A DNA stretch of 63,000 nt, filler included, from Collodictyon triciliatum (taxonomy: Eukaryota), in the NCBI GenBank assembly GCA_043381765.1. It is 13 parts of 13 records of this genome, joined end to end, with 100 filler letters (N's around TTAATTAATTAA, not from the genome) between each part and the next. Parts side by side here need not be neighbours in the genome. Positions count along the whole stretch, not along the records: positions 27,037 to 31,756 come from JBHJMP010005819.1; positions 31,857 to 36,576 come from JBHJMP010005820.1; positions 36,677 to 41,399 come from JBHJMP010005821.1; 10 more parts are not named here. The stretch is one strand, 5' to 3'. The stretch's first letter is position 1. Every line of letters begins with the position of its first letter. Below the pieces are notes generated by a model. It did not search any database, had not been told where the DNA came from, and saw only the letters and a program-made list of their open reading frames with translations. Below are positions 27,037 to 41,290 of this stretch, one piece after another. The translations under genes and the position numbers were made by a program.

Positions 27037-30000
27037 CCCTCAGTCAACTTGGCGACAGGAATCGGCTCCAGTCCACTTTGCTTGGCAGACTTATGACAGA
27101 TACATTTATTAACCTTCCTCTCAATTCATTTTTTATGCAGAAAATAAACATATCCAAAAAAAATATTAAATGATGAATACCGTGCAAGATTCATGGGTAT
27201 GAATGGTCGATACAACCAGGGCAACATTAGCTGGCGTTTCTTTGGGCAACCAGGTCAGCAGATGCGGAGCTGGCGTTCCTTGCGACGGGTGGATTTGGTT
27301 GATGGCATCGATGAGGAAGACAAACTTCTCGTCCCTATAATACATAGTTTAATGTCAATTTTTTATTCGATTCTAGTATTTTAATTTCGATTTAAAAAAT
27401 AAATAATACATAAAAATTAAATTTTTACTTGTTTTTCTCCTGAATCATCTTCAGCAAGCCCTGGAGTCCCTCTTTTTCGTATTCTGGTGATAAAAAAAAA
27501 TAATAAATGCATGAAGAATTATACGATATTTGAATTAAAAAGATAAAAGTAAAATAAAATACAATACCAGCTTCTTCCTTCTTTTCCTCGACAAAGTTGG
27601 CAGAGTTTGCGACCAAAGTCCAAAAGCGAATCGAAACACTAAAATAAAAAAAATATTTTTAGAAAAACCAAAATAAAATGTCTGCAGCATATATTAAAAT
27701 TAGAAATAAAAAGAACGTACCTTTCCACGTAGTTGCTGAGATTGGTGCATCCGACAAAATGGAAAAAGACATGCAGCCCAGGATGCTTCAGCCCTTCGAA
27801 GTCTCTCGCTGTAGCAGCCATGAGTGACGACTTTCCAATCCCAGACTCGGCAGCAAGAACGATGATTTTGGATTTCTCGGTGTTCAGCTGATTCATGGCC
27901 TAATGAAAATAATTATTGATAAGAAAAGAATAGCAAAACATATTATTGTCATTTTTAATTAATTTATCTTTATCTTACTTGCTCCGTGATTGTCTTGAGA
28001 AGCTCCTTTCTTCCGCCAAACCCAGCCAGTCGATGCATCTTGAACTGGTGCTGCGCTTGGTCTTCAGGGTCTCTCACCTAGGATATAGTTATGTCAACAA
28101 AATGTAAATGAAATGAAATATATCTCACCAATCAATACTGATATACATTAAAAAAAATAAAATAAAAAATACAGTTTGCTTCCCAAAGTCACGCTCGATG
28201 GCGTAGGTGAGATGGTATGTCACAAAGTCCGAATACTCCTTCGCTCCCTTGTAGACAACATGCCCGAACTTGGCCTTGACTTTCCCTTTGAGCTCGTCCT
28301 GCCTCTTACGCTAAAAAAAACATTAAAAAAATATATGTCAAGAAATCAAATCATTAAATTAACGTAACATAATAAGATAAAAAAGAAAATTAAAGACTTT
28401 CTATCAATTTTTACCGCCTCTTCGTTTTCAGCTTGGAATAGCTTTCTTTCTTCCTCGCTCTTGGCATGTTCGACAGCATAGTGCTCATCGCGGAGGTAGA
28501 AGAAGGCGCGGCTGCATGCTGGTTTGTCAATCAGACAGGCATACTGAATCTGAACATGAATATATAATTTAGAGAATAATTTGTTAATTTTTCAATTATC
28601 ATTCATGAAAAGATAAAGAATAAAATATAGATATTCGCTTCACCTCGTATTCAGTCACACTCAGCCCAGGCATTCCGTCAATGAATGGGAAGCGGCTATT
28701 CGTTTCACTGCGCCATTCCACCCAGACGTCCTTCATGGTGGCATCAGGCTTGGTATTCAGCAGCTCCTCGAGGCGGGCTTGTTTATTCAGCTCCGTTTTG
28801 TTCTGGTCAGGAATCCAGCCGTAACGCGCACCGAGGGAACACACAAAGTATGGACACTTTCCGATAGAATCCAAGCAGCGAATCACAACCTTGAAAGTAA
28901 CAGGAGGAAATTGAAGCTCATTATTTTAGAAATTGCAGCATAATGAAAATTTTAAAAAATAACGAATTAATAATATTCTGATTACCCATCCCTCGCTACT
29001 GTCCACAGAAGTCAGTCCCCAGCGCAAATCGATAAAGACAAGGTCCACTCCCTTCGATTTCGCAAGTCTTTTCAACCTGACATTAAAAATTATATTGTAA
29101 GGAAAATAAAAACATCAAATTATCGTTCCTTATCATAAATTTATTATAAAAATATATTGAACTAACTCAGGGGCTCCATTCTTGAAAAACTCGTCTCTTT
29201 CTTTCTGCATGTCACGGAAGGTCGAGGAAAGAAAAACACGGATGACACGCTCGTCAAAGACGATGAGCGGCAATGGTGTTGGTGTCAGGTATCTTNNNNN
29301 NNNNNNNNNNNNNNNNNNNNNNNNNNNNNNNNNNNNNNNNNNNNNNNNNNNNNNNNNNNNNNNNNNNNNNNNNNNNNNNNNNNNNNNNNNNNNNNNNNNN
29401 NNNNNNNNNNNNNNNNNNNNNNNNNNNNNNNNNNNNNNNNNNNNNNNNNNNNNNNNNNNNNNNNNNNNNNNNNNNNNNNNNNNNNNNNNNNNNNNNNNNN
29501 NNNNNNNNNNNNNNNNNNNNNNNNNNNNNNNNNNNNNNNNNNNNNNNNNNNNNNNNNNNNNNNNNNNNNNNNNNNNNNNNNNNNNNNNNNNNNNNNNNNN
29601 NNNNNNNNNNNNNNNNNNNNNNNNNNNNNNNNNNNNNNNNNNNNNNNNNNNNNNNNNNNNNNNNNNNNNNNNNNNNNNNNNNNATTGGAAATTATATTTC
29701 GGCATGGTTCAAAAAATTAAAAAAAAAAACCTTAAATATGAAAGATTAAAAGGAGGTGTATTTTGTTACCCCAAGACTTCCCAAATGGCCAACACTTTGC
29801 CCAATAAGATACTGGAGCATTGCATTGAGCAAATCTGTAAGAATATTTATATGTCAGTTACCCATACAAAACAAATGGATGATATATGAAAAATTCCAAA
29901 ATCAGTTCCCATTAAAACAAATAAAGCAAACCAGCGTAATGGGCCTGAGAAGCAACAGCCTCATAACGCATATTCAATTTCAGAAACCAATCAACAATGA

Positions 30001-30421
30001 GTTTTTGATTCTCTTCAACAAGAACCTCCTCCTCAATAGCTTTGTCACTGATATTAATACAGGGATTAAATACCAATCCACGAAAGAAATAAATTAATAA
30101 AATTGTGAATATCATAAATAAATCATACGCAAACAAGCGGGAGTGGTAGCTTCCCAAGGACTTTCCGGTAACCGCCTCAATCAGCATGGCTAAAAAGAAT
30201 CCGTCCATTAAGTCATCGCGGATGTTCTTCGCCTTGAGCTCGATTTTTCCCAGGTGGTGGTTCACCCATTCCAGGACAGCCTGTGCTCAGTTGCCAGGTT
30301 AAGTAATCAATTCTCTTCTATATATAAAATAATTATTGATGATAATGTATGCATTTGTACAGACTTCGTCAATGGTGACAAGGCTGACGTTGGCCTCGGT
30401 GCTTGTTTCGGTTGCAGACAT
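27037..30421 (-). CDS. DUF4062 plus NACHT-like STAND NTPase (TEP1/NWD/NPHP3-type) with an N-terminal calponin-homology domain; multi-exon, 3' incomplete
   Basis: IRVFLSSTFRDMQKERD, IDLRWG, FVCSLGARYGWIP, SVTEYE; Walker A AESGIGKSSL, FFHFVG, Walker B FLIDAINQ; CH-like WVNHHL..IRDDLMDGFFLAMLIEAVTGK lies upstream of a scaffold gap (29296-29683). Confidence 0.8.
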
Positions 30422-32099
30422 GTTTCAAATCTTCCTATTCCTTCGTGTGTGTTGCATAAAAAACATCGTATTCATGGGTTATAATATATGCCAATTATCA
30501 ATAAAATTATTCTACTTTTTCATAAATGGAAGTTGTTTGATATATCAATTTATATTTTGAATGCGTTTTAGATAATTTCGATAGGCTAATAAGATTATAT
30601 TGTATTAAAGCTTAAAGCTCAAAATTACAACTCTAAATATCTTTATTTTTCTTTATTATGAAATAAACTATTCGTCAATACGAATATATCTCAATATGAG
30701 ATGAATTCTGTGCTTTTTGACTGCTTTTTTTGTAATTAATATGGATGTGATTTGCTTATGCATCATACAGCCACTAAACATTCTCTTAATGCTAAATACT
30801 TCGTATAATACAAGAAATGTGATGTATGCAAGTCTGCGTGATAGATTGATATTCTTCCAGGTCGACTTATATAATTCCTTTGAGTCTATTCGAAATTGTG
30901 CAAATGTCCCAAACTATATGTGGTGGTTAGTATATTCCCACAGAATGAAAAATTCACAAACAAAATAAAATTGTAATACAGATACTCGTGGACTACTCTC
31001 CGTTAATTATAGCCTGGGATTTTCATCGTGAAGGCTTTACGTGGGATAAAAAAAAACCAAACCACCACCGCTTAAGTTTTCCAGGTTTTAGGTGCTTGCC
31101 TTACATTCAACGTGAGCGTTTTTTCCAAATGTGCCTTGCAGTAACTGACAAATCATGAAAGATAATCTTCGTTAGGAATTGTCCTTGTAAAATATTACTA
31201 TTCGAGTGAAAAAGTAAACTTTCATTTAGCATGAAAATAAAATAATTCTGACTTCATAATATTGCACCTTGAATTGCTTGCCCAGACTGTTTTAGTGTGA
31301 GGCGCGTCTCCAAGAACCCGCACGCTCTTTTTGGAGAGCTCTTGTATGAGTTGCTCTTTCTTGAGCGATGCTTATTCTTCCATAGCTCCGGGTGGTTGGG
31401 TTTAAAATGGTCGACATTGTCTTTCTATACTTGAAAGGTCGTTCTGTTAGTATTTGTGGCGGTGTTCACCATGATATTTTCTTTAGGCTTTTCCCTTGTG
31501 TTCTTCGACAGAGTACGAAATAGAAGGGAAACGTAACATAGAATAATTTTTATACTTTGGGTAGTTCTGATGTTGGATTGTTATTCAGCGCTTCATTCAT
31601 CAAAAACACCTTTTGACCATTGAAGAATACTGTGAATATGAGTTGTTTGTTGTTTTTCACGTACCTTCGATGTCGCCCTTGATGAAGCCCGGAGGAATGC
31701 GGCAGATAATGGGTAGCAAAGAGCTGGCCTCTCTCGTTATGGGCACATAAAAAAAGNNNNNNNNNNNNNNNNNNNNNNNNNNNNNNNNNNNNNNNNNNNN
31801 TTAATTAATTAANNNNNNNNNNNNNNNNNNNNNNNNNNNNNNNNNNNNNNNNNNNNGTTTTTTTTATTGTTTTTTTATTGTTTTTTTATTGTTTTTTTAT
31901 TGTTTTTTTATTGTTTTTGACTGTTTTTTCTTTTGTTTTTGACTCTTTCGAGCGATTCAGAGATTGCATTTTAATCAAAACTCGAACTTTGTTAACAAGT
32001 TGGTTAGTGTGTCTATATCTGGAGATTATATACTTTTATGTCTATTCCCACAAAATGATATAAATATCGCATCATATATCGAATTTTGATGTTTTGTAG

Positions 32100-33420
32100 T
32101 GCCAAAGTTGTTGATATTAAAGAACCAGCAGTCAATAACCAACTCTGAGAAGAAAAGAATATAAGCTTCTACCTCATGTATCAACCATTATCGGCGATGC
32201 ACATTCAAAGTCATACAGAACGAGTAAGCCGATTGATGTTCTGCTTCGTCATGTAATATCCATGGAGTATATCGACTTCGACGTAATAGGTATTAAAGAG
32301 TCAAGAAAGATTTGTGGGGGTTGAGACAGTTGGGTAATTATGAATAGGGATTGGATAAAATCTCCAAACCATTCTGTGCCTTTTAGACATTTATTGCTCC
32401 TTTTTCTTATGAGCCCACCAACATTAATAAACAAATCGATGGAAAATCGGCATATCCGTTTGTAAACTTGACCATAAAACTATGTTGCATACCTCAACTT
32501 CGAGCTTGGGAAATCATTCATTCCACATAAAAAACGCGGCCTTTGGTGGATGAAATAATACCATGCCCGTTTAATTGGATTTACAGTGCAATATTTTTAT
32601 TTTCTTTTTATCTTCTTAGATATTGCCTATTATTGCATGATTATTTGTATATGTTTGAGTTTAAGTTTTGGTTCAATATGCAACAGAGAAAATATACTTT
32701 TCGTTTGTCTTCCTACCCACTTTGTAACCGTTTTTGTAGCTCCGTGATGCGCAAGAATTATTTTATGGTTATCTTATTACAGAGCAATCGCAACTTATCA
32801 TTTAACAACAAACCACTGCTCAGATGGAGAAAGGTGATAGTTAATTGGTGCGTGTTTGCTCAGATGTCTAACGAGTGCATCAGCTAGGTGGTTGACGTTG
32901 CATCGCATTCCTTTGCTCGGTTCCTCATTGAAGCCCCTATCCTCATTCATCATTCAACAGCGACTCTAATGAGCAGCATTTACCTTCCATTCATTCAGCT
33001 GCTCGACACACAAATATGAGTTTGTCTCTTTATCTCGCAAAACGAATGAATCCTGTTGCGTGCTCACTTTCTCTTCCTGTCGGCCATGTGTTTGCTGCCG
33101 GGCTCTGCAATCTTTCATCCCTATAAACTTTGAAAAGGCGCATTCCTTTGGTCTGGTATTCCAACTCCAACAGTCAAGGACACTGGATTTGTGAAGTCGT
33201 CGTCCCTAACAATATGGTTATGAGAAGAGAACAATACGCTTTCACATTCGGTTTTTTCGTGCTGTTGCTTCTTCGCTTGTTCTGTGGCAAAATTTGGAGG
33301 CTTGGCCGCAAGTATATATCTTGAGAATATGTAAACCACTCTTTGTTTTCGCCGTTAACACAATCTCTTAAAGGTAAAGTCTGTCAGGCCCTGGTTTGTG
33401 GGATTGGCATAGGAAAATAT
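32100..33420 (-). mobile_element. Possible highly decayed L1-like ORF2 remnant
   Basis: Intronless stop-riddled coding-like sequence with KPGPDRL (cf. KSPGPDG) and PITSKSIYS (cf. post-RT 'KxxY' region). Confidence 0.25.
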
Positions 33421-33639
33421 ACATATTTAAGACCGCATATATCACGTTTATTGAAGGAGAGGAGAGAAAAGGAAAGTTTGTCATTGTGAAATAGGAAATT
33501 AGACAGGCAAGAGAGCGATAGGGTCACGAGATAAAAAAAAAAGGCTGAGAGTTCAACGGCTTCTTTGATAACTAATCATCAATACAACATAGGAAAAAAG
33601 GAAAAGGAAAAGGAGTAAAAAGGAAAACAATATTTAAGT

Positions 33640-36480
33640 CTAGGATTCATGAATCAGGAAGTCAATTGATGCGTGCAAAACATCCTCGGGAACAAATTTT
33701 GCAATTGCGTGGTCAACAAACAACTCATCAATAAGTGGATTTCGGTCGAGTTGATGTTTGGTATCCTTCTTCCGTTGAACAGCTGCCTCATACATGTCGG
33801 TCACCTGCACAAATATTTCAGGCATGCACTTATAGAGTATACTCCAGTCTTATCATTTTCCTTCTTTCCTCCATGCTAAAGTCGAATGACAAAACGTAAG
33901 TTCAGAAAAAAAAAGGAAGAATGAAAGGAAGGGAGGACGGTATAAAAAAAAACCTTATCACATATCTCAGCTCTTCGGTGGGCTCTTTGGGTGCTCCTCT
34001 GCAACTGCACTTCGTTCTTGGGGCTCTTCTCACTCTCAAGAAATTTTATCTCCAACGCAGGCAGGGTGAGTGGTTTATCCTGCAACCTCTTTGGATTTTA
34101 ACTTAGTGTTAAGAGCAACAATCAATCACAGTAGCCCCACATATTGTTTCCAATTTTTTTTCTCAATGCTTTACTCACGCTGCGACGAACACGTGTTTTC
34201 AGGTAGTCGACAAAGACATTCGTATAATATTTCCCCGGTTGTTGTGGTTGAATTTTATCTGGGAGGTCAACCCCATTCTGTGTAGAGTATTGATGCACAA
34301 TTTGGGAGAATAATCCTAGATTTGTTTTGTTTAAGATATCAGATGAGAGATTTGTGGTAGAAAAAATTGTGGTATGATGCGGATAATGTGTTCATATGAG
34401 ACACATGAAACAGGATTCAGCCGGAAAACACTCAACTCGCGACTCCACAAAGAATTCGTGATACCTGGTGTTTTTTGAGGCGGTTGTTCAGTGGTTCTGG
34501 ATAAGATTTCCTCCTCAGGAATAGTTTCGACTTTTGTGTGGATAGGGTGAGTCAACGCTAGTATATCTTTCATTCTTATGCTACGAAGATGAGGTTTTTC
34601 ATGGTCCGGAGAGGGCGATTTGTTGGCGCCTGTAAAAGAAGACACTCTTTACGAAAATGCTTTTGAATGTGAAACGATGTTGTTTTTTTTAAATTCGATG
34701 AGGTGTTGATACAAGAAAAAAACATTGTACTAATTACAAAAAAAAATGGTGGGAGATGCCGGTTTTACACAAGAAAAAAACTCTCCCAGGTGTTACTCCA
34801 TTAATAAAAATTTCTAGGAAGATAGGTCGCTATATTTCTCACCATTCAATAAAATTGAGCTTTTCTGCTCACGTATTACGAATGTGGGTGATGGAGACGT
34901 GGAATGTATCGGAGTCGGTGATGACTGACTTGTTGTCTTCAAGGAGTGAGTCTTATTTTCATCGATTGATATGCTCTGGTGTGACCGTGAAAGTACGCTC
35001 TGGCTCTTTGAAAAACAAAAGCAATCGAAAAATGTCATTGAATGATAGACAGGCTGAAATTCAATAAATATATAGGAATATCAAAACAAGATAAGGGTAT
35101 TTAGATAAATAAGTGTAGAAAATAAGTGTAGAAAATCGCGCTTTTTTTCATTATCTGAACACACAAAATGGAATGACTCGTACACGATCTTTCAGCCACT
35201 TTTCCTCCTCTTGCTTTTTTTCGATCAAATCACGGAGCTTCCTCTCTACTCTTTGTTTTTCAACTTTTTCAGTCAAGAATTGATTTCTGGCGTCTCGTGC
35301 TGCTTTCTTTTTCATCTCTTCTTGTTTCAATATAGATTCTGTTCTCTGTATTGGGTGGGGTTTTTTTTGTCATGACATTATGAGTCAAAAAATGCAGCAG
35401 CGTGGATTAACTTTTGCAGGAGGATGAAAATCAAGGTTATGTATTTGCCATCGTCCAAACTTACAAGAGATGCAAGTTCCTCGATGTATCTTCTGTTTGT
35501 CGCTCGCCTCGAACCAATTGCTTTTAAATTCTCCTTAATTGATTGCGCTTGACATTTCCATTCATTGATTTTCTGTGGATTATACTGCGATATATCCTCT
35601 GTTGCAGATGTGGATGGAGATTGTGTTGAACCGCGAGACTAAGAAATAAAGCAAATTAAAGAAGCATAATGGAAAGAAATAGACAAGTTAACATGATGTG
35701 TAGAAAAGCAGTCACAAAAAGTCGATTCCAAAAAAAAAAAACGAACGAAGGTGGTATGCGATTCAGTTATACCATGGCAAGTCTCTCCATGTCAGATATG
35801 TTTTGATATATGGCCTCTAACTTCGCTGTGCAGTCTCCCATTCTGCGCCTGTCGGTCTGGAAATGTGATTGGCAAATTAAAAAGGTAGAAACCCATCTGC
35901 TTCCTCAGACTGACTGGAAAAGCATGGAGTATAATTTTCTAGCAGCCGCAAAGCGAGCCAACGTTGAACAGAGAAGACACGTAATAAGCTTATAATGCCA
36001 CCTTTTCCTGCTTTTCGATTTTGGCGAGCACAGTCCCTTCGTCCAGTGTTTCAAACTCCCTGAGGATTTCCCTGGACACCTCGGACAAATGGGCCAGACC
36101 CGATCGAGCGATGATCTTCTGGGTGGCGGTGAGCCCGTTCGACGGAGACGACGGCAGATTCAGTGTGATGTTTGGCAAGAGGGCGGCAGCGTCGAGGATC
36201 GTCGGCTTCTTCTTCCGTGTGACCAGAAAGACGGGCGGATCAGACCGAGCAGAGTCCATCGACGCCTCGTGCAGGGCCTCCATATCTGCCCAGGAAAAAG
36301 GCTGGAGTGAAAACAGGCAAAGGTGGAAGAAAAAAAAGACAAAAGATAACACAGGAGAAAGTCACAACACAGAAACTTAGTGAGTCGTCCGCGAGAGGGT
36401 TTGGGTGTCGGAAACTGGGGTGCCGATGCGTAAGGGAAAATATATCACGCAACATCTCTTTCATCTGACGCGGTTTGCTT
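33640..36480 (-). CDS. Uncharacterised multi-exon host gene, partly coiled-coil
   Basis: Series of GC-richer minus-strand exons (35990-36300, 34400-34645, 33960-34085, 33640-33825) flanked by GT/AG; no family motif recognised. Confidence 0.5.
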
Positions 36481-36676
36481 CCTATCTTTTTTTTTCTTTT
36501 TCTTATTTGAAGATTATATTTTTAACATTTTTTTTTTTTTTTCATGAGGTCGGGCACTGGATCAGATAATTCGGTTNNNNNNNNNNNNNNNNNNNNNNNN
36601 NNNNNNNNNNNNNNNNNNNNTTAATTAATTAANNNNNNNNNNNNNNNNNNNNNNNNNNNNNNNNNNNNNNNNNNNN

Positions 36677-36790
36677 ATAAAAAACCATAAAAAAACCATA
36701 AAAAACCATAAAAAACCATAAAAAACCATAAAAAACCATAAAAAACCATAAAAAACCATAAAAAACCATAAAAAATCATAAACCATAAAA
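36677..36790 (+). repeat. 10-nt tandem repeat (CCATAAAAAA)n at contig start
   Basis: About 10 copies. Confidence 0.9.
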
Positions 36791-37155
36791 AACAAAAGCA
36801 AGAGCAAAAATAACAACTAGTACAATAACATGGAATAAGTAGAATAGTCTTTGAACATGAACTAATAGCTCTATTGCTGATTTTTAACTCCTTCCATTCT
36901 CTTTACAACCCTTAAGTAACTCTCATACATACGAATAATTTCTCCTTGCGTTATTACCAGGTCTCATCGTTAATTCAATTTTATCTGATGTCCTTTCACC
37001 GCCCCTATCTCATATAGATATCAAAATCGAGAGTTTTCACCCATTTTCCTATTTACTGCTTTCATGAGAACATATGACCCGTCTTCACTGATCTGTGACA
37101 CTTGCCTGCATAATTATGAAGATACGCTGAATGAATATATTCGCTTATAAAATCT

Positions 37156-38193
37156 GTGCTAGGTATTCCTCATGAAGCACATATGGAATCTCCCTTATAC
37201 GACCTGACAGAAAAGTATCTTGTGGAGCTGCAAAAAAAGGGCCTCCTCAAGATGATGTGTGCCCCTTGCCAATCCACACCCAAAGCCCGCGGAATCATCA
37301 TACCAATTTTTGAAGATGAATCTCAACCTCACACAGTCCAACAACCAATTCCTCCTTCTATCAAAGCACATCCATCGATTTCTCATGATTTCCCAGCCCC
37401 ATCCTCTGCGCCTGAAGAAAGTCAGCATATCATCCGCTCAAGCCCGTCTATCTCACGTGAAAAAATGAAAGGATCTTCTGCACTCTCTGATGGAATTAAA
37501 AATGAATCAGGTCTAGCATCAGTACCATCTGATATACCGAATTCGTCTCAAAACCCGAATAACTCAGGGCCGCTTGGACATACTTCGCTGCTGTCACTCA
37601 CAAACTCACCAACAATAAACGCAGTTAATGCAGTACAACCATCTAAAAGCTTTAATACAGAAAACCTACTAGCAACCAATGACGACTCCAACAAGCCTGT
37701 TTGGCGTACCACATCCGATGAACTCGACTGTACCAAGAATGTTTGGACGGCCGCAGTCATTAACTAACCCAGGTATGATAAATCAATAAATACTCTGACT
37801 ATATGTAAGCACTCTACAAATGCACAAACTCTCTTTTTTTTCTTTTTTTTCTAATTTCGAAGTTGGGTATCCATAGACTTACTTAGCGACTCATTCAATC
37901 AAGATGCTGCTGATAAGTCTGATACTTCAAACGAGGGAATTCCTCCAAGTGCAGTTACATCTCAAAATGCAGTGGTAGGGCTCAAGGTACGAAGAGGAAG
38001 GAATTGGAATCATGGAAACGAAGATGGAGGGGCGGATAAAACCGGAGTCCTCATTAGGCAAAATACTCTCACAAACATGGGTCGTTCGTTGGGGGAATGA
38101 CGAATCAGAACGCCACTATAGCATTGGTCATGACAACATTTACCCCTTGATGTTGTAGACGGTCCCATAGAACCCCAAGATACTGAGACACAG
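37156..38193 (+). pseudogene. Disrupted gene with a MIB/HERC2 domain after a low-complexity region
   Basis: VVGLKVRRGRNWNHGNEDGG..G then, after a frameshift near 38075, WVVRWGND..HYSIGHDNIYPL; matches the GxRVxRGxDW..DGG..VxW..YxxG pattern. Confidence 0.6.
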
Positions 38194-39105
38194 GTTTACT
38201 TTTAAACTTTTTTTCACAACTCTGCCAAAAAGGGGCGTTTTTTTTTCCTAAAATTCCTCATGGTTTTTCAACTATAAAATAATGTAATTGGTCAAGTTTT
38301 TTTTTTTTTAGGAATAGGGGCAAAAACTAGATAATAGTGTAACTTAAAAGCGAAAACTAACAAGAAACAACAATAATATTTTTTTTTTTAAAAAAAGAAA
38401 CTCACTATACAAACCCGTTTATGTATTCTCTCTTTTACTTTATTCTGGACTGGCATACACGGCTCGGTGGATATGAAAATAGTCTGACACTGCACTTTCC
38501 GAGGTGAAATATTTCATCAGCAATATTATTCATATCCCACGTACGAATTCTATGCAAATTTAAAGCTTCCTTTCCATCATCTTTATTTTACATTACGGAT
38601 ATATGCTCTTATTTATCAAGGGAGAATCATTTGTAATAGATACTTGGCCGTATGGAAAGAAGTTTTGGGGTCTAAGCTGCACCTCACACCAAAGTCATCA
38701 CAATTTCGAAGCCAGAAGAATAAATGACGCACAACCAATATTACTGATAATCGTCCACCTTCGTACATGGACACCTATTCTAATAATATAATGTTCTCTT
38801 AAAAAACTAATCCCTTGAATCGAAAAAAGGAAAAAAAATCTCCCCAACCCTTACAAAATTCTCTGTTTAATTCTCCAGAAAACTAGGATGATGATGAATG
38901 ATTGAGTCATGCAAGGGAATGATGACGACGTTTTTCGTTGCGATATCACCTTTAAAATTAAATGGCCCTTCAACCAGACAATTGCTTTTAAAAAAAGAAA
39001 AAAACAAAAAAAAAAAAATAACAAATGGCGCAAAGATAAAGAAAAAAAAGAAAAGGGCGATAATTCAACCTGAATCGCTCCTCCTCTGTGGTTGTATAGG
39101 GAACC

Positions 39106-39807
39106 ATGGGAAACAAGCTGACCTATGAACAGAATGAACTCCTGAAGGACCTTGAGCATCTTGGAACTGACTGGTCACCAAAGAAGTCGCTCCTGCAAAG
39201 TACATGGATAAACTTGTCGTGGAAAAATATGTCCTCGTGTCCCTCTGGAGTTACGCTTCTGACAAAGCTGAATGAACTGCACCTCTTTCACAACCAAATC
39301 ACCACGCTTCCAAGGGGTATATCAGCGCTGGAGAACTTGAATGTAATTAGCCTGAGCAATAATCAAATCGAAACCATACCCCCCGAAGTATCACTGCTTA
39401 CCAGACTGACATACATGGACTTGTACGGAAATCCTGTGAGCGATAGCAAGCTGCCTCTTTGTTTCTTTTCTATCCTACATCCCTAATGAGTGCAGTTTGA
39501 AAGCTTGGAAATAATGAAAAGCATATCTTTTTCTATCGCATGAAACTGCATCATCTTCATTTCTAAATGCATTCCCTTCTGTTTACAGATACAATAACTT
39601 CCCCTCTTGTTTACGTCGCTGCGATTAATGAGAATCCTCAAGATTGAGCACAAAGGGGTGATAGGAATAAGACAGGCGCCTCGTGGTATTACTGAGCTGC
39701 CGTGTTGGTCTTGCAAGGAGCATTTAACAGACTGCGCTCTGACAATATCTGATGCTTTGCATGATTTACATCTTATCGACCATGCCTCCTTTGAGACTAA
39801 GGAATAA
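39106..39807 (+). pseudogene. Small LRR protein with an MG N-terminus, one intron and an in-frame TAA in exon 2
   Basis: LxxLxLxxNQIxxLP repeats; GT donor after LYGNP (~39437), acceptor TTACAG near 39588, then IQ*LPLLFTSL. Confidence 0.7.
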
Positions 39808-40333
39808 TCATCAAAAATATCCAACAGCCTAATATAAAACTTGCCGCGTTTTCCTTCGGTATAAGATTGTTTCGATTTATTTCTTCATGTTATCTTAATT
39901 TTAATCTTATTTAAGATAGTTCAAATAGTCGGTATCAGATGAAAGCAATAATAATAACACTTTTTCTTATTGTTTCGTTTAAACACTTTATTGATAAAAC
40001 AATGCCGAGGAAAATGCCTCCACCTCTAGGACAAAAATGAGCTATGGACAAGACAGTGAAAACCCCTGGATTGTGTGGCTGGAGTTTTTATGTTTTGGAA
40101 GGAAGGAAATGAAAAAGAAAAAGAAAATAGAAAGGAGGGAAGTGTTCTCACACGCAAACTATTCTACCCGAAGCGAATCAGCTCCAACGCGATTTCTGGT
40201 TGTATTCGAGACTGACAGAAGAGCGGATAAAGTTGCCGGGTCGATGAAAGTATGCGCCCATGGCAATTACTTCTCAAATCGATTCCGACGTGTCCTTTCA
40301 ACCGTCTATCTCAGACAAGTTTTACATCATATT

Positions 40334-41290
40334 TCATTCCACAGGATGAGTCTTTTGAGGGGACAACGGGTCACTTTCCTTGCATCTCTTGCTGGGCGAC
40401 TCTGACAAAAAGCGATACATCGTTGTTTGTCTGGTATTAGTGGAAGTGACGCTTGGCTGTCCCCTGGTTTCGAAACCATGCTTAGCCGGCAGTGGACTTT
40501 GCTTAACCGGAGTATGGATACGCGTTTGTGGTTTTAGAAACATACGCTCCTGCTTGCTCGGACTTTCATTAATGTGTGAAGTTCCAAGCTTGGATTCGAC
40601 TTGTGCTGTTTGCTCTTGCTCCTTTGTTCTCGGTGCGACGGGCTGGGGCAGGGTAAACGGACTATCTTTGGTGGGCGCTTGTTCTTGTGTTGCCTTCGCT
40701 TTGGAGTACCCTTTCGGATAAGTAACGAAGACTACCTTGAGGCCTCCTATGTTAACCATATTCACGTCAGTCTGAATGGGTAGTTTAAAGGGGATTTCTT
40801 TCAGGGCTTGGAGATGCACTGCTCTTGGGTCTTGCGATGTGCGGGCTTGTCCGGTGTTGGTGATGAATTGCTCGAGTACGAAGATTCTGAAGAGGAACCG
40901 ATATTTCCTTCCATGTCATCGTCGCTGTCGCTGTATGCGCGTATCTGCTGTGAGTCTTGTGGACTCTGTTGTTGTCTGGCCTTGGCTTCCTTGACTCCGT
41001 TGCTGCTTGTCTGCTTGGTGGGTGTATTCTTTTGCGGGGCTTTTACTTGTCGTTGTTCGCGGCCGGTGGGCGCTCTTTGAGGATGCGCTTTGGACACTTC
41101 TTACCCATGACCGTAAACTTTGCAGGGAGTTGGTTCTTGTGACAAAGAAGCTTCACCACGGCTGTGTCTGTGAAGAAGCCTTTGTCCTTTTTGATATCCA
41201 CGTGGGTCGGTCTGAATAGCTTCAGCTCCTCACGAAGGATTTGCGGCCATACGTCCAGCGGTAGTTGGTAGGGTGTTAATGAAGTCTTAA
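40334..41290 (-). mobile_element. Broken ORF1-like segments of non-LTR retrotransposon(s)
   Basis: Overlapping intronless minus-strand ORFs with LPAKFTVMGKKC and LPIQTDVNMVNIGGLKVVFVTY cores, each followed by a Q/T/K/S-rich tail; abuts an RT fragment. Confidence 0.45.

Noticed and set aside
31000-31756. Possible decayed mobile-element coding sequence (similar impression at 4830-5150 and 13900-14383)
   Set aside because: Coding-like composition but no motif I can name; needs a translated search
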